A DNA stretch of 59,789 nt, the filler included, from Sphacelaria rigidula (Eukaryota): NCBI GenBank assembly GCA_964200075.2. It is 8 parts of 8 records of this genome, joined end to end, with 100 filler letters (N's around TTAATTAATTAA, not from the genome) between each part and the next. Parts side by side here need not be neighbours in the genome. Positions count along the whole stretch, not along the records: positions 7,488 to 14,873 come from CAXNAA020015152.1; positions 14,974 to 22,359 come from CAXNAA020015153.1; positions 22,460 to 29,845 come from CAXNAA020015154.1; 5 more parts are not named here. One strand, given 5' to 3'. A model generated the notes under the pieces. The model saw only the letters and a list, made by a program, of their open reading frames with translations. It ran no database searches and was not told where the DNA came from. Both the position numbers and the translations under genes were made by a program. This document shows, piece by piece, positions 11,799-24,922 of this stretch (positions within the stretch are counted from its first letter, which is position 1; every line of letters begins with the position of its first letter).

Positions 11799-12347
11799 GT
11801 GAGCTCCTTAACCTTACGGTAGGCAACGGACCTTCCCATGCATGTGCTCGCTGTTTTTGTCGGGCGTTCGAACCCCTTCCTCCTCAGGACGAGTCTGTTG
11901 TCTGAAAGGACCAATCAACCAGTTTTTCCCCCCCGGTACCTTCTCCGATTTTTAGTATCCAGCATTAAATCAGCAGCGTTCAGTCCATGGTTTTCGTCTT
12001 ACCGGATAACGGGAAAGCTTTTGTCGACAAACATGAGATGAAATTTGATGATGAAAGTCGACGGGCTGCGGGGGCGGATGATCCGCTGCCTGCTAGCACA
12101 GCGCAAAGCAGGTACTGCCGAAGAAATGGATCAGTTAAGTCGTTGAGGGTACGGGCCCGTCCGAAGGAAAGGGGGGGAGTTTGAAAGTTGAGAAAAGAGC
12201 AATCCGGTTGCGGCATTATTCTGGATCATAATGAACGGGGCTCTATGTGCGTATGAGCAGGCGATAAGTTCTTGTCCACCGTTCTTGTGCTTGATTGAGT
12301 AACTGAATTTCGCCCATCGACTGATCCCCCGCAAACGTAGCCTTTTT

Positions 12348-12399
12348 CATTGGTCATCGGTCATTGGTCATTGGTCATTGGTCAGTGGTCATTGGTCAT
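12348..12399 (+). repeat. Heptamer tandem (TCATTGG)n, about 7 copies
   Basis: Read directly. Confidence 0.9.
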
Positions 12400-13380
12400 G
12401 AGTCATGAGGTGGAAATGACGGAGGTAAATTAACGAAACGCCTGCTGAAGGAAACTTGAGAAAGGGAGTGAAAATAAAAATGATGAACGAGAATAAATAG
12501 AGTGACGTGTAATATACGAAAGGCTGCTTTAACAAGTACGGAGTACTGCCGGTCCCCAGAAAAGCCCCAACAGCCCCCTGCGAGGCCTTCAGGTAAAAAC
12601 ACCCTACCAAAGGCAAGACTGTAAAGGCAGGTTGCAAATCAGTCAGCTGAAGACCGACCCTTCAGGCCGGAATTATCAGCCGCGAACATGTCCCAAGAAC
12701 CAGACGGGAACGCTGATACGAAAAAAGAAAACAAGAAAACAGAAGAACTGGAGAAAGAAAAGGAGTTGACCATGAATGGACACGCAACACAACTAGGAAA
12801 CAGAGCTAGAGGAACAACCGAAAAGATCAAAGGTATCACTTTCTGTGTATTTCCTCCTCCTGATCCCTAGTCAGTGACAGGGTGGGGCACTATCCCCATT
12901 CTTTCCAACTGGAAACCTCATGGGCTGCTGTCACCGCTGTTGTGCCAACGGTGGCAGTCCTCCTATTGCCGGCTGTCGTGGACAGGAGTGGCCGGGGTGT
13001 TCGCATCGCCATGCCTCCTCAAGCTCCCCCGCCCCCTTCCCGCCACCCAGATGTCATGTGTTCGGTGACAGTGACCCAACGTCATGGGCGTTTTGACCTT
13101 AACATCGTACACGAACCGCCCTGTTTGTTCTCCCTTACGTGAGATAGCCGCTAGGACAGACAGGTTCTCCTGAAGTCGATACCCGCGTGTTTCGAAAGCC
13201 GGTCAACCTGCTTGGTGCCTGGTGCAGCCAATCGTCCCCTGATGATCCACTGCGAGAGAAGCGCTTCGTCCTGCGGGACAAGCGCGCCCGCGGGCCGAAG
13301 TTGACGGGTGCGCATGATCGTCTCGATACGTTCGCATATGGTCATCTCGGGCACGGTCTTGTACAAACCATCGAATCATT

Positions 13381-13490
13381 CACGGGTGGCCACTGGGGTG
13401 CCTGTTACCTTCAATTTGGACGTTACAGACCTTGTGCAACATCTGTAACGTCCAAATTTGAGGATGCAGGCACCCCAGTGGCCACCCGTG
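13381..13490. mobile_element. Palindromic MITE, CACGGGTGGCCACTGGGGT TIR, 2-bp TSD (TT); CACTA/CMC-like
   Basis: Perfect terminal inverted repeat. The same TIR occurs at 21994-22286. Confidence 0.85.
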
Positions 13491-16400
13491 TTGTGCCCAA
13501 CGCGCGACCCTTCCTGCGGAACCTCTTGCGAAAGCCAAGTGCTCACGGCGCTGATGCTGCGCGTGATACCGATGGCAGTGTTTGCGTTTTGGCTGACGTC
13601 ATCGCCAGGATGTGTCCACTTGGCGGTACTGTATGCTTGTACAGTTTGCCCACCTCGTCGATGTGCAGTTCGATCTCTGGAGAGCTGAGTATTGACCATA
13701 TATGCGTGGCCGTCGTCTTGCTCTCTGGTACCGTGTGTCCGGACTCTTGGTAGACCACCACTACCACCACCATCATCCTACACAGCACGCCTGGACACCT
13801 CGAGATTTACGCCTCCGTGATTCGCGCACAGCGGTTTCCCACATCGCGCGTTGCACTCTCTCCAGTGGTGTCTTGTTCGGGCTTGCCATCCTCGTGCTTC
13901 GAAGCCGGGTCTAGATAGCCGCGCAGTGATGTACAACCACGTCAATCACTTCTCCGCCGAAGATGTTGCAGAATAGCGGAGGCGATACGTACGTTGGTAA
14001 GTCTGGCGTCAGACGCGATCACTCCATGCCTCACCATGCTTCACTGGTGAACCCGTGGTTTTCAATTTAACACGTAGTTTGAAGACTTTATGGATTTCTT
14101 GGCCCATTGCTTGCTGCACAAGAGATGGAAGCAACACTGATCATGGCGGGGTGAGCTGCAGGGGTGGCGAGGCAACGTCTTTCTCAAGTATCATATTATG
14201 ATGTTCACTCACTCCCCACAGGTTTCTCAGGTGATGATACTCGAAATAATCGGAAAATTTCGGGGAAACATCTCGGAAAGATCTCACCGGTCCCGAGACG
14301 AAGATAGCCGAAAGAGTCGAAATAATTTCAGATAATATTCTCTGACAGGTATCATCAATCACCAGCCCAAGGCCGCCCGAAGAATCAATTACACTCGCAA
14401 TGATACATAGGCACACTGAGTCCATACACCGTGTCCTACAGGCCGTCACAAATGGGAGAGTCATCCAACGAACACAGCCTTGCCTGGGGCCCTGGCGGAC
14501 GAAAAAACGCTTTGATACCTCGACATCATCCAGCTGTGCCCAAGCTCGTACGTCATCGTGAAAGGCATTCATCACCTTGAACGCCCAAGGTGGGGCTGTG
14601 AAGTGAGCCAGCGAGCACTTCCCACAGTTGCGTGCGGTCGATAAAGTCGTGCGCCTTCTAGCAAAGCGCATGTTCGCCGAGGTGCTGCTCGCCCGCCCCA
14701 ATTCGTGCGGTTGGCGTGCGATGAACAGTATGATGATGGTGGGTTGTTGGCGCCGAAACCCACTTGTTTTGTTCTCGAACATTTTTCGGGGTGAATTTTT
14801 GCATACGTCGGACGAGCCATCACTCGCCGAGACGAGTGCACTCGTTGATGTTTTTCGAAAACACAACGAGCATNNNNNNNNNNNNNNNNNNNNNNNNNNN
14901 NNNNNNNNNNNNNNNNNTTAATTAATTAANNNNNNNNNNNNNNNNNNNNNNNNNNNNNNNNNNNNNNNNNNNNGAAAGGGATGCGTGGTCAATGGTCAAA
15001 CGACTAAGGCAAGCAACCAATGAGTACGCCCCCTCCCCTGAGCATCTAGTGTTATTTTGTTTTTCTTGTCTTCGAGGTCTCTTTACGCGATGAGAGGACT
15101 GAAGATTTAGTCCAGCCTCCTACATGTTTGGAATTTTGATGACTTTCTCTGGATGTGTTTGTTGTTGCTACTGCTCAACCCCCCGCCGCCAGCCAAGAGA
15201 GCTCGCCGCACGGGAGTATTCCCTTACATCGTCTTGTTGCACGGGTCCTTAGTTACACCGTGTACTGCTAATGATACCGCCCTTATTGTAGGCCGTATTG
15301 ATGTCCAACGACTGTTTCAGGTTGAAGTGAGTTACTGCATCTCGACAAATCATCTGGTTGTGTTCGCTTGTTTGTTCTACCCCTATCCCGTGGCGCAGCC
15401 TGGTCAGCTGGCGGCACGGGTGTGTTCTCTTGCGTCGTTCCGTTGCTCGTGGTCGAGTGTTCCCCCGGGAATGACCACTCTTACCGCCCTTGTTGTAGGC
15501 CGTATCTCCGCCGGACGATTGCTTTGAGTTGGGTATTGCGTCCTGACGAATTGATCTTTTTTCAATTGACATCAAGTTTTGCTCATAACACGCGATAGTT
15601 GATCCGCCGGGCTGAACGAAAGGTTCTCACCAATGACACTTGGCTTTTTACCCTGAGTATCGTCTTGGATGGGCTCGTGCCCACTCGCGCAGGATTTTGA
15701 ATTTCGCACTTCGGGCACACGACACCTGAACATCGGCTGCATCCCCGCTTTCATCTCCCTGTTGCTGCGTAGCCCCCCCCCCATCGCATTGTACTTCACG
15801 GTCAACGCCTTTTTCAAGACAGATTTGATACTTCAAACGCCCTTCCACGGAAACGAGCGGGGTGCCACTCTCGCTGTACGCGACGAATGTGTCGGGACGG
15901 AGTCGAACAAAGACGTGGAGCTCACTTGGATCTACGCCCGACCAGAGCAGTTGCTGCGATGCTATGCCGCAACTGCGCTTTCCCTCCCCTCTTCCCGGAT
16001 TATCTGGCATTCCATCCTTGTTCCGTTGGTAGATGAAGTCTACGCGTGCGCACCATTTAGTGCTTTACTTTGTAGATGGACTTGCGTGTGTGTTGTCTTC
16101 TTCGACATAGGTGCGTGAGTGTCACGTAGATACAACGTTTTTCTTTTTGTGGATTGAACGTTTGATGCTATATCGGTTCGCAGCGATGCTCGCCTTTTAG
16201 AGGTGTGGGAGATTGGTTTTTTTTTCTCCGCTTCCTGCTTTTGTACGAGTGTAGTGTAGAAGAGCCCTTTCTCGTTGAATTTTGAAGTTCCTCGGCGCAA
16301 TTACATTGCACCGAGGTGATGATGATTCAACTGCATAAGGACTCGACTAGGATGGGCTAGTGTGATGAAGCTCAGAGGCGTCGCAAGATATACGCTGTGC

Positions 16401-16996
16401 GGATCTGCTCGTAGACCCTGGATTCCGTGACGCGTTGTGGTCGCGTCTGCTACTGTCATTAGTTAGGGTTGTTCAGCCGCGGCGGCAGACGGCGTCGCCC
16501 TATCTCAATCAGCTACCGGTTTGCCTTGGTCTCTACCCTGGACCATCACTACGCTCCACTCCTATGGCTGCGCCCCGGCTATGCTGAGTAAGAGAGGCTT
16601 GTAGATATAACATGATGCTAAGCCAACACGTGAGTTCCTAGCCAGTAGTCTGAACATGGATGGACCTACTGTGTGGTAGTCAAGGATGGGTAGCTAGGTC
16701 TGTGTGAAGTTGCCCACGTGGGAGCTTGGTGGGTCGGCACCATGGTATCTCCTGGCACTCATACTGAGAGGCCCCAGCCAGAACATTAGCTACGCTCTTC
16801 ATATGACAGCGGCGCATCGGTAATGTGGAAACGTCGGTGTTGCGGTTGTGGTGCGGCGGTGAACGGATACGATGGCGGCGGCGCAGCCATAATGGGGAAA
16901 TATATGTGTTGCCGCGCTGCGGCTGGCGTAAATAATGGTAAAAATGACGGTGGCGGCGTTGGCTCGGGTGTTACCGCGTTGATCAGCGGCTGCGGG

Positions 16997-17207
16997 TGTA
17001 ATGCGTGAGAGGACCGCGTGCTTAGAGAACCGCGCCGTAGTTCAAAACACCTCAGGATCGACGTTTCTCAAAATCAATCGGGCCAGTCCCTGGAGGTACC
17101 GCACCCCTGACTATAACCCTGACACTAACCCTAACCCTAACCCCAACTATAGAGATGTTCAGATTCCAATGTGGTCCTCTAAGCCCGCGGTCCTCTCACG
17201 CATTACA
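16997..17207. mobile_element. MITE with TGTAATGCGTGAGAGGACCGCG TIRs and internal (CCCTAA)n-like tract
   Basis: 22-bp TIR. GCGGG is duplicated at both flanks. A reverse copy lies at 20081-20290. Confidence 0.85.
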
Positions 17208-17365
17208 GCGGGGATGCCGGCGGGTCGGCGACGGTATTAGCTCCATAACCCCCCCTGCCGTCGAGCAGTATCAGCGGTGGTTGCAGAAGCTGTATACGCG
17301 GAACAGATCGTACGAAATGTACACCACTTGCCAGGGAACCAGACTTGATACCAACACCTGAGGCG

Positions 17366-18720
17366 TCAGACATGACGCTTATCGGACATGGAAAACGTCA
17401 TGAATAGTCGTGAATGCTCCGACGTGGGCGTATCGGCAGGGGGAGAAGACGTAGCGGGGGGGCCTGCCGGCTGCTGATGCTGCTGATATGGGTCGTGAGG
17501 TTGAATTGTGGACTGGTGTTGTTCGTGATGGGGGCTGTATTGCGGAGTAGGATAGTAAGATTGTTGCTGTTGTTGTAGATGGTGTTGCAACGGGAGTTCC
17601 GGTTGCTGGTAGTAGCCATGATGCTGAGGTGGTTGTTGCTCGGGATAGGAATGGTATGAAGGAGGGAGCAGTGGTTGTTGCTCGGCATGGTATGGTGGCG
17701 GGAGCTGTACGGAATGGGCGAATCCTGCGTTATCAACGGTATTGCCGTCTCGTGAGACGAAGTTGTCATTAGTGACGGAATTCTCGGATCGCTGTACAAA
17801 AATCGCATGACCGTGGGAGCTGCTGGATGAGTAATCACGAGGGGATGATTTCCTCCGTGATGTGCGGAGCGATGCTCTGGATTGCGATCTTGATAGTCTA
17901 GTCGGCGATCGAGATGTCTCCGCCCATCGCTTCGTAACGGGAAGCAATACCTCGATCATAGCATATATCGCAGTTGCGATCGTTGCATGATGAGGATTGG
18001 GGGTCTGGATTGGGTTGTACTTGGGGTTTGAGTTGGGGAAGGATTGGCGTCGGGATGGGAAATTTGGATGTGTGTATTTCGGTGAAATTTCGTGGTTGGA
18101 CGAATCATTGTGGCGGTGTGGTGACGGGTGCTGGTGTGAGGTACGATGCCCACTGCGGTCTGAGCCGCATTCCCTGCAGTGCTTATTTCTCCTGCCCCCC
18201 CGAGTCCCACATCACCTTGCCGATATGTCACTGTTGGAGGCATCATGAACTGTGGCAGAGAGCGGAGAGAGCGTGGTTATTTGGTGAGTCTACCCTACTC
18301 CTAGACAATTCCCATTCGGTATGGGCAGTCTTCACCGTATGGTGCAGGGTCTCAGCATCTATCTCAGCCATGGCAAGGAGTATACCACGCTGAATCTCGT
18401 ATTCCGAAGATAGCCTACGTGCATAGTGCCTGTTTGCATCAAACTCCGAAATTTCGGTACCGTACTGATATCTCTTATGGCGAATTAGGTTCGCCCTGCT
18501 CAGAAAAATCAAAGGGGATTCACCCAGTGACATCTGTATTCTAGGCTTGTACATTGTTGTTCCAGGCGAGCTTTCTCTGCAGTGGGGGAAACAGTGTAGT
18601 ACTGTACAAAATAGTCCCAGGCTTCGCTGGGGGAACAATGTGCATCCTGCTTCTTATCCGTGTTCTGCTCTTGAACAGCTGTCAAAATATCCAAGCATGT
18701 GCCGCCTATGTCGAAACATT
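17366..18720 (-). pseudogene. Decayed Ty1/copia gag (UBN2/Retrotran_gag_2-like) followed by a Q/P/S-rich linker
   Basis: Frameshifted SPSEAWDYFVQYY...EKARLEQQ / MSLGESPLIFLSRA...RHYARRLSSEYEIQRGILL...NHAL, which has the layout of a copia gag. Confidence 0.65.
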
Positions 18721-18769
18721 AAAAGGGGAAAAGTTGGTTGGTACTAATATCCAGAGGGGGACCGACTGA

Positions 18770-19773
18770 GGCCGTCTCTTGGCACATCATTTTTCGATCG
18801 AAAAAGTGCGGTGGAAAACGAATATTCCGATCTGATAATCCGTGATTTCAATCATGTTCAAAAACTCCTAGGATAGTTAAATAACTCACGACCCATCATA
18901 TTGGAGTTGTCCTTTTCCACCGCACATGTTCGATCGAAAAACAGTGTGCTCAGGGTCTATCTTAGCGCTCTTGTTTTCGATCGGAAAAATGAGGCGGTGG
19001 AATCGATTTGAGCGGAAATTTCTCGTTTTGATACAGTTGGGTGCAGATGGAGTTTCAAGCTTTCGATCGAAAAAAGACAGTGAAATTCGTGAAACGGTAC
19101 ATGGTCACTCGTGTACAGTACAGGCAGTCTGTACTGTTTGCACTGCTTGCAAGCAGGGTGTCTTGAGTGCGTGTGTGCGTGTTTCATGCAGGAGGATATA
19201 AAGGAGAAGCGGGCAACGTGCAGTGCAGATAGCCAAGGACTATCAGTTCTCTCTACTCATAATGCGACGTGAAAAGGGCTTCAGCAACGTGCAGCCTTGT
19301 ACTGCCTGCACTGTTGATGAGCGTACACGCAACTCGATTGCCCACCGTACCACGCAGTTCCGTCGCTGATGCCTACCATGAGAGAAGATGCGCAAGTTTT
19401 GCCGACAAAAAATAACCAAAGCACACCCAACTACTGTCGTGTATCTACCCCTGTGCTCAACTCGTGCTCTATGCTGCAGGGTTGCGGTGGTACCTGAGAA
19501 TGAGTTGGATGGAGTTTGCATGGTCCTGTGAACAGGTGTTATTTGCCATGGTGGTCTGTAAGGTAGGAGTCAAGTGCCGCTCCGTGCCTTTCGACCGCAT
19601 GTTTCCGATCGAAAACGACTGTTTTTTACCTCGTGACATTCTTCTCCGCGCGCCGCTAATTATGATTTTGAGTTGAAGCTTTCAAGGAACATAAAAGCGG
19701 TGGACCTATCAGATCGGCAAAACAAAATCGACCGCACTTTTTCGATCGAAAAAAGAAGTGCGAAGACACGCCC
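18770..19773. mobile_element. PIF/Harbinger-like non-autonomous element (about 1 kb) inserted in the copia gag
   Basis: About 43-bp imperfect TIRs (GG(C/G)CG...TTTTTCGATCGAAAAAGTGCGGT) with C-TGA / TCA-G flanks. The internal part recurs at about 45480-46112. Confidence 0.75.
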
Positions 19774-20080
19774 TCAGACACGGCTTGGTGACAAACTGTC
19801 GTGCCGACTCGATACAAGTGCAGAACGCGGAAGTGTTTTCGCAGTTGGATCGAGCGGAAGACCGTCGGTTACATCCTGGAATTATACACCATACAGGGGA
19901 GTGCGCCGTTGTGAATTACGGCTGGCAGTAGTGGCCAACTGTTGTGCACGATCGGATGCGGCGCAAGGTGCGCTCCTCGGGAATAATAGGGGAGGTGGGG
20001 TGCGAAGCCATGATGGGATCGGGTCAACACAACAGGCAGTGAACGAAACAGTAGTATGGCGAGGTCGCGCTTGCAATGGG

Positions 20081-20290
20081 TGTAATGCGTGAGAGGACCA
20101 CGTGCCTAGAGGACCGCATCGGGATTTGAACACCCCTATGCTTAGGCTTAGGGTAAGGGTTAATGTTAGGGTTAGAGTGAGGGGCGTGATACCTGTAGGG
20201 ACTGGCCAGATTGGTTTCGAAAACGTCAATCCTGAGGTATTTTGAACAAAGGCGCGGTCCTCAAAGCACGCGGTCCTCTCACGCATTACA
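20081..20290. mobile_element. Telomere-repeat-bearing MITE, second copy (reverse orientation)
   Basis: Same TIR, internal TTAGGG variants, AATGG duplicated at the flanks. Confidence 0.85.
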
Positions 20291-21993
20291 AATGGATATA
20301 TTGCACAGAAACGAGAACGGCGTGTACAGGGCAGCCAAGGCAGAGACCACTGAACTCGAGGCGGCACAGTAATGCACGCTAGTACTACAAGCGTAACTTG
20401 TGTGGGTGGAAAATCAGGCTAGATCGTGCACAGAAAAGAGCGCCAGAGAACAGAAAATACGTGCAGCTGTAATACCAGTACGCACGCATATGGGGATAAA
20501 CAAAATACGGGTGGTACCAAAAACTGCGGCTGACTGTTGTACAGGACGCACACGTACAGAAGTACAGCTAGTAATGCAGTCGACACGACACACAACAAGA
20601 GCTTGCTCGCGCTCCATATCTGAAGCCCCATATCTGATGCAATTTAGGGCGGGTACCCCCTGAGAAAGGGAGCCACACAACACGCTTGTCCTGTATATTC
20701 TCACGAACAGAGGCACGAGCCGTGTGTGCATCAGTTGCAGGCAAAGCTGTGTAATAATAGTTCACCCCAAATCAAGTCGCTGTTAGGCAGATCAGTCCAA
20801 GGCATTCATAGAATGAGAAATCCACTTGTACTATACAGTACTAACCAGAAGCTAATGGTCCCCACGACTAAGGATCACCGGTAGGGCTCACTTGGAACTG
20901 AGAGCAATGGCGGGCCAAAGCTGATTATGTTCAGGTAGCCACAAAGCGGGTGGCCACAAGTGAGGTTGGTTCACTCGATACCACCCTACGCCAAGAATTA
21001 TACCCACACATAGTCATTGTACAAGAACGAAAAGCCAACGACAGGTAAACGAACCAAGACGTTGCCGACCAATACATCGAGCATTCCGTCTGTAACAATT
21101 ATCACCTCGTGTATCATATCGACCTCGTCTATCATATCGCCAATCCCTGCCGAAGGGACATTCCGGCAATACTGTCCGTTGTGCACATGACATACAACAT
21201 AACAGTGGATCCTGGAAAATGGGGTCCATCTCCAAAATGAGGTTCAAGTGGCATGTCTTTTCTGCAGGGATGACGCGAGACAGTAACACAGAGCAAAACC
21301 CCCTTTCCCCCCAAAACTCTGCAGCAGTGAATCAGTTGTGGTTGAATGCACCCAAAGAATGCGGTGTACACCCGTGTCGATCACTAGAGAGAGAAACAAC
21401 GGCAGAGAGGAAGCTCCCCGCCCGTGTCCTTTATGTGCCCTCGCTGGGCGATTATCAATTGCTCGAGAGACTGGCATCATCGATGACCCCAGCATGTACC
21501 CAATTTTCGATTTTCCAGAACATCGAGGTGCGGAGAGATTCCCTCTCTTCTTGTCTGTGGCTAATGCGAAGATGAATTTCTCTCTGCCTCTCTTTTTGGA
21601 CAGGACGCGCCTCTGTGCGCTGAAAAAAATGTCGTCGAAAAATAGGGCAATGCTCCCGTCACCGCTACTACTGTTCCCTGTCACACACATGCCAGAAAGG
21701 GCGGTGGTGCAGCGAAAACAACAGATATATCCAATTTGGACTTGGGGGTGTTATTCATCGTTGATTTTACCCGATATGTATGTGATCGATCCTCTGGGTG
21801 CTGTAGACTCTAGCCACCATTGTTACCTAAGGTTAGAGAGATTGTGTAGGTGGAGTTGCGGGTCTGATTGCCGGACTCTGTGATGGGTGACCTCCATGAC
21901 GAGAAGACTTGGTTTCGCTACTCTGGTGGAGAGAAACTATGGCTCTGTTCTTCTGTACTATGCTAAGGGTTGATACATAAATAACTAAAGCTG

Positions 21994-22286
21994 CACGGGT
22001 GGCCACTGGGGTCTGTAACCTGGCCATTTTGGGACCTTATCCACCTTTGGCAAGGTCCGCGGGTTGGGTAGATCACTTAAGAGCATTCGCACAGCATGGA
22101 CAGGTTAGAAACAAGGCATGTTCCAGTCTACAGGGGAGTCACCCGCCTATAGACTGGGACATGTTTTGTTTCGATCCTGTACATGCTGTGCGAATGCTCT
22201 TCAGTTGTCTACCCAACCCGCGGACCTTGCCAAAGGTGGATAAGGTCCCAAAATGGCCAGGTTATAGACCCCAGTGGCCACCCGTG
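21994..22286. mobile_element. Long fold-back MITE, CACGGGTGG TIR, 2-bp TSD (TG); CACTA/CMC-like
   Basis: Arms of over 100 bp are near-complementary. Shares its TIR with 13381-13490. Confidence 0.88.
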
Positions 22287-24707
22287 TGCTGAAGTCCATG
22301 TGCCCGTGATGGGAGGAGTCCACATGGCGATCTAATCTTGAGTGACAGAGGTCTATAATNNNNNNNNNNNNNNNNNNNNNNNNNNNNNNNNNNNNNNNNN
22401 NNNTTAATTAATTAANNNNNNNNNNNNNNNNNNNNNNNNNNNNNNNNNNNNNNNNNNNNTATTATTATTATTACAATTATTATTACTACCCTATTTATTG
22501 ATGACGTAATGTCTCCCCGCTCCAACGCTGCAATCAAGTCGGCCGCGTCCGCTTTTCCCATACTGTAGCCAAGTCACAAATGATCATTTTCGAAACAGTA
22601 TTTTATACACGCTTTTACCATCGAATTGTTGGACTACGCCTCGATCATCCACCACGGAACTATTTTCGTCGCTTGCGGCACCATACCCTGGGAACGTATC
22701 AACCATTCTATTGTGGCCTGCGGCAGCATCGCGGAGCCCTGCTTGGCTCTCTCTTGCTTGGCTCTCTCAACAAATTGAAAAAGAGCACCTACGATAAACA
22801 GCGCTCACCACGACACAGATTACAAAACAGCACTACCCAGGAGCATCACCCACGCATCATCAACCGCGTCGTGTTTGCTTCAACAGAACAACATAACAAC
22901 ATATCATGAAGACTGTATGATATCTGCTGCTGTTGTTTCTTGGTCATGTCGTTCACCATACCGTGGGAAGATACATCGAACGGTATTACAGGTTTTTGCC
23001 ATTCAAATATTGCAACGGTCGATTGTGGCTTGCAGCAGCATCACCTCCTGCTTGGCTCTCTCAACAAATTGAAAAAGAGCACGTGCGATACAGTGTTTAC
23101 CACGACACAGATCATGAGTCCAAAAGGGTATGACGACTGTAACTTACGCTTCTGTTTGTTGCGATTGTTATGTGGGTGTCTGCCAGTTTGTTCGGGTGAG
23201 CTCTTGACCGAATAGCATGCTTCTTTTATTACGTTGCTATCTCCACACCCCTCTCCGACTGCGGAGTAATCATCTGTGGGAGAAGTTGTCGGCACTACGC
23301 GGTACTTACTGGCTGTACTGTTGTAGAGAACGTGACATTTACTGTTCGCTGTGGCCATCGACTGCATCATACACCGACAACACTCCACGCACCCAAGAGA
23401 TGATAAAATATGAGTCCACCTTCGCTACACGCTGCCAAGACGGACAGTAAATCCAATACGAAACTTCTCACCGTTTGTTCGCACCGCACACATTGCCCAC
23501 AGACTCTGCAGCTCGCATCGAACTGTCCCAAGATGAGCGCGATTTTCTTTACTGTCACGGTTGGTATTCACCAAACACTTGAATATAGCTTTGCGCCTGG
23601 AGGTGGGGTCCCTCACTACAGCCCTTCCTGCGCCCGCGTTATCGCTCATTCTCCCACTATGTGTCACTGCCTATTGACGCTACACTCTTGGCTCGTGGCG
23701 TGGTGTGGTTATTCCTTCATGGCTGGCGATTGTGTACTGCATGTACCATCCATACGTATGTTCCATCATGCTTCATCATCGCTTCCTATTTTGAGACCCG
23801 TGGTTATGATTTCATCATCGCTTCCGACGGAAAGCGATTTCCAATACAAAAAAATGTGGTGATTGCAGCGTTGTGGTTTTCGAAGCCTTGTAGAGTTCAA
23901 GGGCAGGTAGAGTAGAGTATGTACTTTTGAGTATGCTCCTGCTCGACGAACGCATACGAGAGAAGTATTGACCATAATATCCTTCTTGCAGGCAAAAACA
24001 AACGAGCGACTCTTGCAAGAGTCGGACAAATAACGAGTCGTCTGGAAATTACTTGGTTTTAGTATAATTGATTCGAATAGTACAAATTAATCCCTAAGCT
24101 TTGTTTTCAGCGTTGCAACCCAGGAACACGCAGCCCAGACACGTGGAATGACGCAAAAGTTGCGTGGATACCCCTTGAACCAGCGGTCAATTTTCTTCCC
24201 CCTTTTGGGCAATCAGGCCAAAGAAATCGTGGATTTGGTTATTCGTAGTCGTGATGATTCGTTTTAACCGTGGACTCTTGATATTATTTTCACACCAACT
24301 ACAAGGCCGGAGCGTCTTCGCTATTTTTGAGTTGGGTGCTTCGAGCCCAAATACACCCACTGGGTTATAGCCCTTTCCAGGGCACGTCCCGCGCTCAGCA
24401 GGAAAAATCGAACCATGAACTATTATTTTTTCTGCAGGTTTTGAGGCTCGGCTTGAAAAGCACGTGGAAATAAGGATCAACGCCGGAATGTCTCACTGGT
24501 GCGGAGGTGTATGTGGCGTCTGAAAGGAACAGCGTTACCTTGACGCATGATTTCTCCCTGTCACGGATGTAGTCTAAAATCAAAATCAAGTGTATCGCAA
24601 GAAACGAAGGAAAAGGGGCGATGGTTCAGGATGGTTAGTAGAGTGTCGCCAAACAGCCCGGACACTTTTTGGAGGCTAGCAACCCCCCCGCGTTTAGCAC
24701 CCCTACA

Positions 24708-24922
24708 CACGCAGCCATTTGGCTACACCCCGAAATGCCTCCGGAGGGATGCGCGGCCCTCCGAGGCAAAGCAAGCCTCCGTAGGCCTTCAATCCCGCTG
24801 GAGGAAACCAAACACTACTGCCCTGGAGGGCCGCGCACCCCTCCAGAGGCGTTTAGTTCCTATGGAGGCTCGAAACGTTTACTGCTCTGAAGGAATTTTC
24901 GGGATCGCCGAATGGCCGCGTG
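24708..24922. mobile_element. MITE, second copy of the 5007-5361 family
   Basis: Shared TIR and internal sequence. Confidence 0.8.

Noticed and set aside
13150-14873. Long ORFs (188, 241 and 97 aa) at the end of contig 2
   Set aside because: One runs through a MITE, none shows a domain I can identify, and the next RNR exon was not found here.
21130-21883. Cluster of 100-180-aa ORFs
   Set aside because: No identifiable family or convincing splice pattern.
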